NCBI GenBank assembly: GCA_001773575.1
Contig: MEXB01000004.1
Location: forward strand, 10,217-74,216
Direction: 5' to 3'
Origin: Candidatus Adlerbacteria bacterium RIFOXYC1_FULL_48_26
GTDB taxonomy: Bacteria; Patescibacteriota; Minisyncoccia; Phycocordibacterales; SBAW01
Length of the DNA stretch: 64,000 nt
Part shown: piece after piece, positions 36,730 through 45,809 of the stretch
How positions within the stretch are numbered: the stretch's first letter is position 1
Layout of the letters: every line of letters begins with the position of its first letter
The notes under the pieces: model-generated
What the model was told of the DNA's origin: nothing
The model's database searches: none
The model's input: only the letters and a program-made list of their open reading frames with translations
Position numbers and translations under genes: made by a program

Positions 36730-39092
36730 CGGATCGAAAAAGACTGGTTTTGTTGGACACGCACGCGATTTTGCATCGGGCGTACCACGCGTTGCCAGAC
36801 TTTGCCTCTAAAAAAGGGGAGCCAACAGGTGCGCTCTACGGCGTTGTCTCTATGCTTCTAAAAATTATCGCGGACTTTAAGCCCGACTATATTATTGCGG
36901 CGGGGGATTTGCCCGGGCCAACTCTCCGCCATGCGGCGTTTGAAAACTACAAAGCGCAGCGTAAGGAAACAGATGATGCGCTTGTTTCGCAGATTGTTCG
37001 TTCACGCGATCTATTGGAGGCGTTCGGCATTCCCCTCTATGAAATGGCAGGGTACGAAGCTGACGACATCATCGGCACTGTAGCGAAAGAACTAAAGAAA
37101 GAAGTCGATGTTGTTATCGCATCAGGCGACATGGACATGCTCCAGCTTGTTGATGACGACAAGGTAACTGTCTTTACGTTTAAGAAAGGAATCAACGACA
37201 CGATTGTATATAACGAAGCGGCGGTACAAGAACGTTTTGGTTTTGGCCCTTCGCGTATTCCAGACTATAAAGGTTTGCGCGGTGACCCGTCTGACAATAT
37301 TCCTGGAGTAAAAGGAATTGGTGAAAAGACCGCGAGCACGCTGATACAACAGTTCGGCAGTGTTGAAGATATATATAAGGCCCTTAAGAAAGATCCAGAA
37401 AAACTTGGAGAGGCTGGAATAAAAGAGGGAATGATAAAGAAGTTGCAGGAACAGGAAGAAGAAGCTCTGTTTTCTAAGGAGCTGGCAACAATACACACCT
37501 CAGTGCCTATTCGTTTTTCATTGCCAAAAGAAGAATTCCGCAGCAACCTTTCAGAAAAGAAAGTTACTGCAATGCTCGAGGAGTTTGATTTCCGTTCGCT
37601 CGTTCCGCGCATGAGAAAACTGCTCGACTCGTCTATCCGAAATGAAGAGTTGTTTGCAGAAGTGCCTGCAGAGGAAAAACCTCTACCGGAAGATTTCCAT
37701 GAAGTTGCGCTTGCGGTCTCTGTGCTCGACGCAACAAACAGTGAACCAACGCTTGAAGACATTTACCGCATGGGGAATAGCGAGGATTTTGCTACAGCAA
37801 AAAAGAATATTCTTGCAGAGATACAGAAAGAGAATCTTGATTTTATATATAACAAAATGGAGATGCCTCTTTCTCCAGTGCTCCGCCGCATGGAGGCGCG
37901 TGGGGTGCTCGTAGACAAAGATTTTCTAGCAAAGCTTTCAACGGAGTACCACGAAGAGCTGGAGAAAATTGCTGCACGTATTTACGAAGCAGCGGGAGGG
38001 GAGTTCAATATTAATTCCCCAAAACAATTAGGAGACATACTTTTCGACAAACTTGGACTTGCGGTAAAGAATCAGAAAAAAACAGCAGGTGGGCAGCGTT
38101 CAACGCGCGAGTCTGAACTTGAGAAGATGCGCGAACTGCATCCTATCGTGGATGATATTTTAAAACACCGCGAATTGCAGAAACTTCTTTCTACGTATAT
38201 CGACAGTATTCCAACCTTGCTGGATAACGAGAATCGCCTCCACACTTCATATATACAAATAGGTGCGGGAACTGGCCGTATGGCATCGAAGAACCCTAAC
38301 TTGCAAAACATTCCTATTAAGAGTGACCTTGGTCGTGCTATTCGCAATGCGTTTATCGCAAGCCCTGGTATGGAGCTTGTGACCTTCGACTATTCGCAGA
38401 TCGAACTTCGCGTTGCAGCATTTCTTTCTAAAGACCCAACACTTACAGAGATCTTTAAAACTGGGGGAGATGTCCATACAGAAGTAGCAACGCGCGTCTT
38501 CCACGTTAAACCAGAAGATGTGACGTATGAAATGCGTCGACGCGCCAAGGTTATTAACTTCGGCATTATCTACGGCATGGGTGTGAATGCGCTTCGTGAG
38601 TCTCTCGGCACAACGCGTGGAGAGGCTCAGGAGTTTTATGATCAATATTTTGCAGCCTTTCCACGACTCGCAAAATATCTAGAAGAAATAAAAGCCGATG
38701 CGACACGAACAGGGTACACGCAGACACACTTCGGCCGCATTCGATACTTCGAAGGGTTAAAGTCGCCAATTCCATACATCAAAGCAGCGGCTGAACGTGC
38801 CGCAGTAAATGCACCGTTCCAGGGAACCGCAGCCGACTTGCTCAAACTCGCGATGATAGAGATTGGCGCATGGGTAGAAAAAGAGAATCTGGGAGACGAT
38901 GTGCACATGCTTCTCCAGGTACACGACGAATTGGTATTTGAAATTAAGAAATCAGAAGTTGAATCTGCCGCACAACAAATCAAGAAACGTATGGAGGGGG
39001 TTATGTCTGAAAAAGAGAGTGGGGGTATTCCATTTCTTGCTGAAGGAAAGATTGGAAAAAACTGGGGTGAGATGAAACCGCTAAAAGTATGA
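36726..39092 (+). CDS. polA: DNA polymerase I
   Basis: 5'-3' exonuclease motifs (EADD, GDPSDNIPGV) and polymerase motifs DYSQIELR, AKVINFGIIYG and QVHDE. Confidence 0.97.
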   Translation: MTDRKRLVLLDTHAILHRAYHALPDFASKKGEPTGALYGVVSMLLKIIADFKPDYIIAAGDLPGPTLRHAAFENYKAQRKETDDALVSQIVRSRDLLEAFGIPLYEMAGYEADDIIGTVAKELKKEVDVVIASGDMDMLQLVDDDKVTVFTFKKGINDTIVYNEAAVQERFGFGPSRIPDYKGLRGDPSDNIPGVKGIGEKTASTLIQQFGSVEDIYKALKKDPEKLGEAGIKEGMIKKLQEQEEEALFSKELATIHTSVPIRFSLPKEEFRSNLSEKKVTAMLEEFDFRSLVPRMRKLLDSSIRNEELFAEVPAEEKPLPEDFHEVALAVSVLDATNSEPTLEDIYRMGNSEDFATAKKNILAEIQKENLDFIYNKMEMPLSPVLRRMEARGVLVDKDFLAKLSTEYHEELEKIAARIYEAAGGEFNINSPKQLGDILFDKLGLAVKNQKKTAGGQRSTRESELEKMRELHPIVDDILKHRELQKLLSTYIDSIPTLLDNENRLHTSYIQIGAGTGRMASKNPNLQNIPIKSDLGRAIRNAFIASPGMELVTFDYSQIELRVAAFLSKDPTLTEIFKTGGDVHTEVATRVFHVKPEDVTYEMRRRAKVINFGIIYGMGVNALRESLGTTRGEAQEFYDQYFAAFPRLAKYLEEIKADATRTGYTQTHFGRIRYFEGLKSPIPYIKAAAERAAVNAPFQGTAADLLKLAMIEIGAWVEKENLGDDVHMLLQVHDELVFEIKKSEVESAAQQIKKRMEGVMSEKESGGIPFLAEGKIGKNWGEMKPLKV

Positions 39093-39733
39093 TTCATGTA
39101 ATTGTTGGAAACGCGCCGCAGCAAAAATTCTCCGGAGCGAGCCGCGAAAGAGGCGCAAGCGAGCGAGGAGAAGTTTTTGCGCAGGCGATGGATCTCAAAT
39201 GGGAAACAATCACCATTGAAGAGTTGGCGGACATCGCATCAACTCCAACTCTGTTTGGTGGTTCACAAACCTATAAACTCGCTGGTGCTATTGCAGGTGA
39301 GAGGGGAGAAGAGTTCCTAGAGTTGGCGGACGGTTTGGTGGAGTCGCCACACACCTTCATTTTTGAAGAAGAAAAACTTCTTAAGAAACCAACCGATATT
39401 CTCAAAAAAGCTGGAGCAAAATTAGAGATCCACGAGCCAAAGAAAAAAGAGGAGACGTTTAACATGTTTGCATTGGCAACAGTGTTTGGCACCCGCGATC
39501 GCAAGAAACTCTGGCTTATGCTCAATAAAGCCTCTCGTGCAGGCGCGGCCCCTGAAGCTGTTGCCGGCATGATGCACTGGAAAGTCCGCGACATGATGGC
39601 TAAAGGCAGCTCTACATACAAAAAAGAAGAATTGCAAAAGATATCGCGCACGTTGGTGACCCTGTACCACGACTCCCACCGCGGAGCAGGGGACCTCGAG
39701 CTTCTTCTTGAGCGCTTCGCGCTCAAGCTATAA
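39089..39733 (+). CDS. holA: Divergent DNA polymerase III delta subunit (HolA-like)
   Basis: MIHVIVG start, TPTLFG, FNMFALATVFG.RDRKKLW and LELLLERFAL; follows polA. Confidence 0.7.
   Translation: MIHVIVGNAPQQKFSGASRERGASERGEVFAQAMDLKWETITIEELADIASTPTLFGGSQTYKLAGAIAGERGEEFLELADGLVESPHTFIFEEEKLLKKPTDILKKAGAKLEIHEPKKKEETFNMFALATVFGTRDRKKLWLMLNKASRAGAAPEAVAGMMHWKVRDMMAKGSSTYKKEELQKISRTLVTLYHDSHRGAGDLELLLERFALKL
39115..39186 (+). repeat. Palindromic element family A, copy 5 (72 bp, in-frame in holA)
   Basis: GCC-GCA-GCAAAAATTCTCC...GGAGAAGTTTTTGC-GCA-GGC. Confidence 0.8.
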
Positions 39734-39742
39734 TTGCAGGTA

Positions 39743-40420
39743 ATGGCAAAAGGCTTTTTTCTAGGACTGCTCGGACTCTTTTTTGCGACAGTTCTTATGT
39801 TGTTTGCATATCAACTCAATATGCTACCTGCGTCTGTGTATCCTTTTGCATACAAAATCATGCAGGCATTCTCATTTATTGCACCTGTCCCTCCAGCGCT
39901 TGAGAAGTTTGAAGGTACATGGGTTGTGACGTTTACTCCTACGCGGCCGCAGTCGGACCTTGGTACCTGCGCAATCCCAAGCGGCTTATTGCGTACGCAC
40001 GCAGGTGCATTTACTGGTAATGTCGGATCTTCAGTGCCTATTAAGGCAAGTACAACTGACGACGGCAGGCTTACGGGTGTTATTGGAAACGGTTCGACAC
40101 TGCGAAAAGGAACGCTTGTCGCCTACATAGAGAAGGGGGCAGGCCAAGGAACATGGAAAGATGATTTTGAATGTGAGGGCAGCGTGCTGTTAACAAAACA
40201 ACAACTGGTAACGGACCCTATACAAGGGAAGGTGGTGTCATCTGGGGACGACAGCATACTGGTGCGCAGCGGCGAGCTTCGTTCATTGCGGCCGGGTATG
40301 CCGCTGTATCGTGGAGATATAATCGAAGCTCACAGTGGCACAGTGTTGCTTGGCATGGGGGCTGCGTTTGAGACAGCAGTAAACCTCACTCCTTCTATGA
40401 CCTACAAAGTCGGGCAGTGA
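39743..40420 (+). CDS. Hypothetical membrane-anchored protein
   Basis: N-terminal TM, beta-rich body and a FecR-like C-terminal segment (LRPGMPLYRGDIIEA). Confidence 0.75.
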   Translation: MAKGFFLGLLGLFFATVLMLFAYQLNMLPASVYPFAYKIMQAFSFIAPVPPALEKFEGTWVVTFTPTRPQSDLGTCAIPSGLLRTHAGAFTGNVGSSVPIKASTTDDGRLTGVIGNGSTLRKGTLVAYIEKGAGQGTWKDDFECEGSVLLTKQQLVTDPIQGKVVSSGDDSILVRSGELRSLRPGMPLYRGDIIEAHSGTVLLGMGAAFETAVNLTPSMTYKVGQ

Positions 40421-40445
40421 TGTGATAGAGTGCACAAGTAAAAAT

Positions 40446-40518
40446 GCGCCCATAGCTCAGTCGGTAGAGCGGCTCCCTTTTAAGGAGATGGTCCCAGGTT
40501 CGAATCCTGGTGGGCGCA
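40446..40518 (+). tRNA. tRNA-Lys(TTT)
   Basis: Acceptor stem GCGCCCA/TGGGCGC, anticodon loop CTTTTAA, T loop TTCGAAT. Confidence 0.95.
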
Positions 40519-40615
40519 CTAAAGTAAGTTTTGTTACCTTTTTTGAAACCCGCAGTTCTAATGGGTGTCTAGAACTAACTAAACAAAAAGTATGAAAAAT
40601 AAGGTGCTGGGATTA

Positions 40616-40654
40616 GCCGGGGAGGCCGCTCCGATGGAGTAAGGCCTCCCCGGC
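40616..40654. terminator. Strong GC hairpin between convergent tRNA-Lys and the trmH-like gene
   Basis: GCCGGGGAGGCC-GCTCCGATGGAGTAA-GGCCTCCCCGGC. Confidence 0.55.
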
Positions 40655-40658
40655 GTAT

Positions 40659-41129
40659 TTATTTAAGAAGGGTGAACATTGCGACACCAGCCGCCACGGA
40701 AACATTCAACGACTCCTTTTTGCCACGCATAGGTATCTGGGCAATGACATCGCACTGCTTGAGGGTTGGTTTTGATACCCCCTCCACCTCATTGCCTAAT
40801 ATAAGTGCAAGTTTCTCGCCTTTCTTTGGTTTGTACTTGAATAGGTTTACCGACTTTTTATCGAGCTCTATCGCGACAATAGTAAAACCCTCTTTCTTTA
40901 GTTGTTTGATAGCCGCCCCAATTGTCTTGAGTTGAGTCCAAGGCACCATGTTTTCCGCGCCAAGAGACACCTTTGCAAAGTCTTTACGGGGCTGCCCAAG
41001 GTGGTCGATAGGCGAAGGGGAGTAGCCTGTGAGGATTATTTTAGAAACGCCAGCGCCATCCGCCGTGCGAAATATTGAACCAACGTTATGAACGCTGCGG
41101 ATATTATGAAGTATGACGGCTGATTCCAT
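40659..41129 (-). CDS. TrmH/SpoU family RNA methyltransferase
   Basis: NIRSVHNVGSIFRT, LGNEVEG and IPMRGKKESLNVSVA motifs. Confidence 0.93.
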   Translation of the reverse strand: MESAVILHNIRSVHNVGSIFRTADGAGVSKIILTGYSPSPIDHLGQPRKDFAKVSLGAENMVPWTQLKTIGAAIKQLKKEGFTIVAIELDKKSVNLFKYKPKKGEKLALILGNEVEGVSKPTLKQCDVIAQIPMRGKKESLNVSVAAGVAMFTLLK

Positions 41130-41146
41130 TTTGCCACTCTAACAAA

Positions 41147-41551
41147 CTAGAGCGGTAAATCCATCGCGAATGCGCCTCCGCCAGTGACAAGCAATGAGAG
41201 ACAGATAACAAATACGAGTACGTATGTTCCGCGTGAGAGGGGAACGAGGTGTTGAATGCGGTTAGGAAGAAACAGGCCGTACTTCAACGCGATAGCTCCA
41301 CCGAGGATGGCTGCGCCTTGTGTCCCGTACCCGAAGAACAATGCAAACGCTGTAAGCATTGTGATGCTGGTGGCAATCCAAACGAGCGCCAGGCCAGGCT
41401 TACCGATAATAGGAAGCTCTGTCTGCATAGCAACGCGGCGGTTTTTCAATATGTAATATGCGCTGTAGCCAAGGCAAAACGCTGCAGCTATGCGTAAAAG
41501 TGTTGGAGCGAGATGGCCAAGAAACAAAATTTCTGGAAATGGATTAAGCAT
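41147..41551 (-). CDS. DoxX-like membrane protein
   Basis: MLNPFP..PTLLRI, four TMs and GGGAFAMDLPL ending. Confidence 0.75.
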   Translation of the reverse strand: MLNPFPEILFLGHLAPTLLRIAAAFCLGYSAYYILKNRRVAMQTELPIIGKPGLALVWIATSITMLTAFALFFGYGTQGAAILGGAIALKYGLFLPNRIQHLVPLSRGTYVLVFVICLSLLVTGGGAFAMDLPL

Positions 41552-41555
41552 ATAT

Positions 41556-42800
41556 TTATACTACCGCGTTTAAAAGTTTCTGCAGTTCTTCTTCTGCAAC
41601 CTTTCTGTCACTCCACTCTTGTTTAGATTTACGAGGTCCCATGATGTAGGGGTCTGTGCCTTTGCCAGTGATAAGAACAACAGAACCTTTGTGTGCAAGG
41701 CGTAGAGCCGCTGCGATAGCCTCGCGGCGGTCGAGGATAACTTGAGGTTTATGAACTACAAAACCTGATGCAATTTCATTCACAATCTTATTTGGGTCCT
41801 CATCATACGGATCTTCATTAGTAAGTATTGCTGCAGAAGCACGTTCATCGGCAATCTTTCCCATCTGGGGGCGCTTCCATTGGTCGCGACCGCCACCTGT
41901 TGAGCCCATAACGCAGATAATGTCTTTACCTTTGTATGCTTCGAGCAACGCTTCAAGTGAGTCTGGGGTGTGAGCGTAGTCCACGACAACGCGGAAATCC
42001 TGGCCGCACTCAACACTTTCTGCACGGCCAGCAACGGCAGGCACATGTTCAAGGGCCTTACGCATAACGTTCTGCGGAACGCCAAGTGCGTCACAGAGAG
42101 TTATTGCTGCAAGAATATTTCTTAGATTGAAAAGCCCTGGCATTGGAGCAGTAAAAAGTGTCCCGCCTTTGTATACAAAACGAACACTGGTGTCATCGAC
42201 GGTATACGGCTGTGCGTCCTGGAGTGAGAAGGGGAGATGATGCTCAACATCTATGTTAAGGAAAGTTTCTCCATATCTGTCGTCTACGTTTGCAACAATG
42301 TAGCGTGGGCGCTTCTTCGATTCTTCCAAATGCTGTGCAAGTTTTAGTTTCGCAGCGACATACGCTTCCATGCTTCCATGAGATTCAATATGTTCTGGTT
42401 GAAGGTTGGTGAAAATAAGTGCATCCAACTCGATTCCTTTGTGGCGGAACTGGCGAGCACCTTCAGAAGTCATTTCAATAACTGCGTGGGTGCAGCCGGC
42501 ATCAACTGCTTTGCGCAAAAACTTTTGCAAGTATGCGCGGCCAGGCATTGTCATCTTGAACAAGTTCGGCTCGCTCTGGTCGCCGATTTTAAATTGCACC
42601 GTAGATGCAAGCGCTACTTTATGCCCATTAGCTGCAAGTAAGGTGCGAACAAGTTCTGATGTTGTAGATTTTCCTTTTGTTCCTGTTACTCCAATGACAA
42701 AGAGTTTTTTAGAAGGGAAGCGGCACACTACCGCGCCCGCGTAGGCGAAGAGAAGGTGATACCAACCGATAACGCGTTTTGGAATTAAATCGCGGATCAT
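41556..42800 (-). CDS. murE: UDP-N-acetylmuramyl-tripeptide synthetase MurE
   Basis: GVTGTKGKST, EMTS, FTNLQPEH, DYAHTPD and RDQWKRPQMG motifs. Confidence 0.92.
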   Translation of the reverse strand: MIRDLIPKRVIGWYHLLFAYAGAVVCRFPSKKLFVIGVTGTKGKSTTSELVRTLLAANGHKVALASTVQFKIGDQSEPNLFKMTMPGRAYLQKFLRKAVDAGCTHAVIEMTSEGARQFRHKGIELDALIFTNLQPEHIESHGSMEAYVAAKLKLAQHLEESKKRPRYIVANVDDRYGETFLNIDVEHHLPFSLQDAQPYTVDDTSVRFVYKGGTLFTAPMPGLFNLRNILAAITLCDALGVPQNVMRKALEHVPAVAGRAESVECGQDFRVVVDYAHTPDSLEALLEAYKGKDIICVMGSTGGGRDQWKRPQMGKIADERASAAILTNEDPYDEDPNKIVNEIASGFVVHKPQVILDRREAIAAALRLAHKGSVVLITGKGTDPYIMGPRKSKQEWSDRKVAEEELQKLLNAVV

Positions 42801-42801
42801 A

Positions 42802-43413
42802 TTATGCGTGTTTTGCGGTGCCAAGGTATTTAAGGGCTGCGGCAAGCCTCTCATTTACTGACGAGCTAATGATCCCTTCACTTACCGAACCCGCTTCTTT
42901 AAGTGCGTGGCGTGCTTCGTCGGCGCGGTAGCCTAGGGCCATCAAGGCTTCAATAACTTCGGCGTCATCAGACGAGCCTGCAAGAGGGGAACCAGATATA
43001 CCAGAGAGAAATGTTATTTTGTCGCGGAGCTCAACAACAAGACGTTCTGCGCTTTTCTTGCCAATGCCAAATACCTTAACGAGCATAACTGAGTCGCCTG
43101 CAGCGATGGCGCGTTTGAGGGAGACAACATCCGCAACATTTAATATTCCAAGGGCAGTCTTAGGGCCAATACCAGATACACTCATCAACTGCTTAAAGAA
43201 GGCGAGCTCCTCTTCTGTAGGGAAGCCGTAGAGGTCGAGAGCGTCCTCGGCGACCCGCGTATATATAAAGAGAGAAACTTCAGAGCCGGTATTTTTGAGT
43301 ATATCGAGAGCAAGAAGAGGGGTGCGGACGCAATATCCAACACCACCAACCTCAATAAGTATCTCGCCCGGCGTGGCGGTGCTGCTTAGTCGCCCCGTCA
43401 ATTTGCCAATCAT
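42802..43413 (-). CDS. ruvA: Holliday junction branch migration protein RuvA
   Basis: VGGVGY, LYGF, VSGIGPKTAL and ALMALGY motifs. Confidence 0.96.
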   Translation of the reverse strand: MIGKLTGRLSSTATPGEILIEVGGVGYCVRTPLLALDILKNTGSEVSLFIYTRVAEDALDLYGFPTEEELAFFKQLMSVSGIGPKTALGILNVADVVSLKRAIAAGDSVMLVKVFGIGKKSAERLVVELRDKITFLSGISGSPLAGSSDDAEVIEALMALGYRADEARHALKEAGSVSEGIISSSVNERLAAALKYLGTAKHA

Positions 43414-43487
43414 TCAATAATCATACTCTAGGTCGGCAGCCTTCAGGAAGTTGCTTTTTTAGGAATTAATGCGTAATATCTTCACAT

Positions 43488-43730
43488 ATGGCAATTACCA
43501 AAGGAGCAAAGAAGGCCCTCCGCCAGTCTGCACGTAAGCAGGCTATGAACCGCACCCGCAAGGATGCGATGCGTGAGGCTACGAAGGCAGTACGTACGGC
43601 GCCGAAAGGTGACAAGGCAGCACTCGCTGCAGCGTACAAGGCGATAGACAAAGCACTTAAGCGCGGCATCTTGAAGAAGAACACCGCAGCTCGCCGTAAG
43701 GCAAAGGTTGCTAAAGCTCTCGCGAAATAA
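43488..43730 (+). CDS. rpsT: 30S ribosomal protein S20
   Basis: AKKALRQS and IDKALKRGILKKNTAARRKA. Confidence 0.96.
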   Translation: MAITKGAKKALRQSARKQAMNRTRKDAMREATKAVRTAPKGDKAALAAAYKAIDKALKRGILKKNTAARRKAKVAKALAK

Positions 43731-43731
43731 T

Positions 43732-43760
43732 AAAAACCCCGCCCACAAGGCGGGATTTTT
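43732..43760 (+). terminator. Intrinsic terminator
   Basis: CCCGCC-CACAA-GGCGGG followed by ATTTTT. Confidence 0.7.
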
Positions 43761-43787
43761 GTTTATAGTCCGTGTAGAATGGGCGCA

Positions 43788-44624
43788 ATGACCGATATCG
43801 AGCAGGATTTTATAGAGTTCGTTGCAGACAGAAATAATGAAACTGTTGAAGCTACTCGCGTTCGATACGAAGCTTCAAAGGCGTATCTAAACTTCGGATC
43901 AAAAGAATTTTCTGCGCATGGAAGCGCGAACAGCCAGATACTCCAGGTATTTTTTAACGACCAAAGCGAGAAGTCGCTTTTTGAATCATATAGACACCAT
44001 GCCTACGAGGACATGCTTCGAATGTTGTCGTACTCCTTTGAGAAGCCAGCAACCATAAAAGGGTATGTAAAAACTTTAGTGAAGGCAGTAAAGAAAGGGG
44101 ATTGGGCAAAAATAACTTCTTTTTTGAGTCGTTTTAAGAAGCGACATGTAAACGGAGAGAAAAAAATCTCTAAAGCAGAATGGTTGCTTGGTGCATACTC
44201 AGCTCCAACAGTTCTCGACTATGGATGCGGCATAGCCTCGCTGTCTTTTGAAATGGCGAAGCACTCGCCTCAATCGAAAATAATTCTTGTTGACCTGGAT
44301 ACAGTAAAGCTCGACTTCGTTGAATTTAGATTTAAAAAGCATGGGATTAGCTACGAGATAGTACGTATACAGGAACATAATCAGTATCCAGAACTGCCAC
44401 GCCATACCATCTGTATAGCTACAGACGTTCTAGAACATCTCCACGAGCCGCTTGTGGCATACGCGCATATTCGAGACAGTATGGAACAAGGGGGAGTGCT
44501 ATACGGAAACTTCGAGAACCACAAAGAAGAGATGTTCCATGTACATGCTGATATGAAAGATGTGCGTGAGGCTGTAGCTAAAGACTATGACGAAGTGGAT
44601 AGAGGCCTTTACCAAAAACGTTAA
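43788..44624 (+). CDS. Class I SAM-dependent methyltransferase
   Basis: VLDYGCG and ATDVLEHL motifs. Confidence 0.85.
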   Translation: MTDIEQDFIEFVADRNNETVEATRVRYEASKAYLNFGSKEFSAHGSANSQILQVFFNDQSEKSLFESYRHHAYEDMLRMLSYSFEKPATIKGYVKTLVKAVKKGDWAKITSFLSRFKKRHVNGEKKISKAEWLLGAYSAPTVLDYGCGIASLSFEMAKHSPQSKIILVDLDTVKLDFVEFRFKKHGISYEIVRIQEHNQYPELPRHTICIATDVLEHLHEPLVAYAHIRDSMEQGGVLYGNFENHKEEMFHVHADMKDVREAVAKDYDEVDRGLYQKR

Positions 44625-44629
44625 AAAAG

Positions 44630-44656
44630 AAAAACCACCCGATAAGGGTGGTTTTT
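44630..44656. terminator. Bidirectional terminator
   Basis: AAAAACCACCC-GATAA-GGGTGGTTTTT. Confidence 0.8.
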
Positions 44657-45030
44657 TATTTCTTCACTGGGAAGAATTGTATAGGGAAGGAAACTTCCTT
44701 CACGAAGACCCAGAACGAAACTCTGCCTGAAAGATTCTCCCCGCTACGTCGTAGGGCAAATCTGTAGGTGACGCCAGTTTCTTGGTCAGTGTGCTTGATG
44801 GTGAGTGTCCCATCATTCAGGAGCGCCACGCCTGTAGCGGCTCTTCCTCGAGCTTTAATCGTGTAGTTGCACTGGTCGCTGAAGTCCAGGTCGAGCGGTT
44901 CGTCGTAAGGGTTATGCCGTTGTCCGACAATTTCAGCGCACGAGCTGATGGGGGTCGTCGGGGCTGTTTGCGCATACGCGGTGTTTCCGAGAAAGAGAAC
45001 CGCGGACAGCGTCAGTACAAACGTACGCAT
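44656..45030 (-). CDS. Hypothetical secreted protein
   Basis: Signal peptide (AYA-Q) and GGGAG Shine-Dalgarno. Confidence 0.7.
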   Translation of the reverse strand: MRTFVLTLSAVLFLGNTAYAQTAPTTPISSCAEIVGQRHNPYDEPLDLDFSDQCNYTIKARGRAATGVALLNDGTLTIKHTDQETGVTYRFALRRSGENLSGRVSFWVFVKEVSFPIQFFPVKK

Positions 45031-45075
45031 AAGGGTCTCCCTTCAAAGAGGTTCAACTGACTATAGTTATAACGC

Positions 45076-45099
45076 AAAACGCGCCCGAAGGCGCGTTTT
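45076..45099 (-). terminator. Terminator downstream of tRNA-Arg(GCG)
   Basis: AAAACGCGCC-CGAA-GGCGCGTTTT. Confidence 0.75.
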
Positions 45100-45110
45100 T
45101 GCTTTTTTTG

Positions 45111-45182
45111 TGCTCCCGGTAGGAATCGAACCTACATTACAAACTCCGCAAGCTTGCGTCCTATCCATTGAACGACGGGAGC
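45111..45182 (-). tRNA. tRNA-Arg(GCG)
   Basis: Acceptor stem GCTCCCG/CGGGAGC; anticodon arm CAAGC-TTGCGGA-GTTTG. Confidence 0.92.
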
Positions 45183-45214
45183 GATTAACACACACTACGG
45201 TAAAACAAGCGATT

Positions 45215-45697
45215 TTACAACCCGAAAATTTCTGAGATATGTTCGATTAGGAAAGGTTTTCTGTCTTCCTCTTCGGCTTCTTTTGCGTATTTCAAACACA
45301 ACGTGCGAACTTGTTCGCTGTGGTCGGCGCTGTCGAGCGGGATTATGATGCGCGGCATAAGGAGGGAGTGGGTGGTGAGGTAGAGACGAGGTTCTTCTTT
45401 TGCTTGGTCTACATGTATCCAGAACGCATCTACAGATTTCCACGCGTACAGAGTGCCGTCGAGTGTTGCTCCGCGTGCATCAAGCTTCACCTGATGTTCT
45501 CGCGGGCCGCGAACATTGAGCGTGCCTATAGAAATGCCACCGATAAGCAGAATAAGACCCAACAATATATTTCCAAAAAGTATTGAGGCGCCTGTGCCAA
45601 CTACAGTTAAGAGGCCGAGCGCCCAGTACCAGTCGGTTGAATGATCTTTATGTTCGTGCGTAAGCACGTGCCAAACGATTTCCTCCGGCTGGGGCAT
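45215..45697 (-). CDS. Conserved hypothetical membrane protein (Parcubacteria-type)
   Basis: W...EH.HSTDWYW, two TMs and a PH-like C-terminal region; TATACT lies 6 nt upstream. Confidence 0.8.
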   Translation of the reverse strand: MPQPEEIVWHVLTHEHKDHSTDWYWALGLLTVVGTGASILFGNILLGLILLIGGISIGTLNVRGPREHQVKLDARGATLDGTLYAWKSVDAFWIHVDQAKEEPRLYLTTHSLLMPRIIIPLDSADHSEQVRTLCLKYAKEAEEEDRKPFLIEHISEIFGL

Positions 45698-45809
45698 GCG
45701 TAAAGTATACACCGGTGTATTAAACTGCTTCATAAAATCTTTGTAATCAAGGTATTACTATGAACGTCTTCATACTGTGATTACTCGAACTAACTAAACT
45801 CATACATAT

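Noticed and set aside
36726-39092. Short PolA (788 aa) as a pseudogene
   Set aside because: The 5'-3' exonuclease and polymerase motifs are intact. Only the central proofreading region is reduced, which is common.
40592-40642. Tiny ORF MKNKVLGLAGEAAPME after tRNA-Lys
   Set aside because: Only 16 codons, mostly reading through a hairpin, with no supporting signal.
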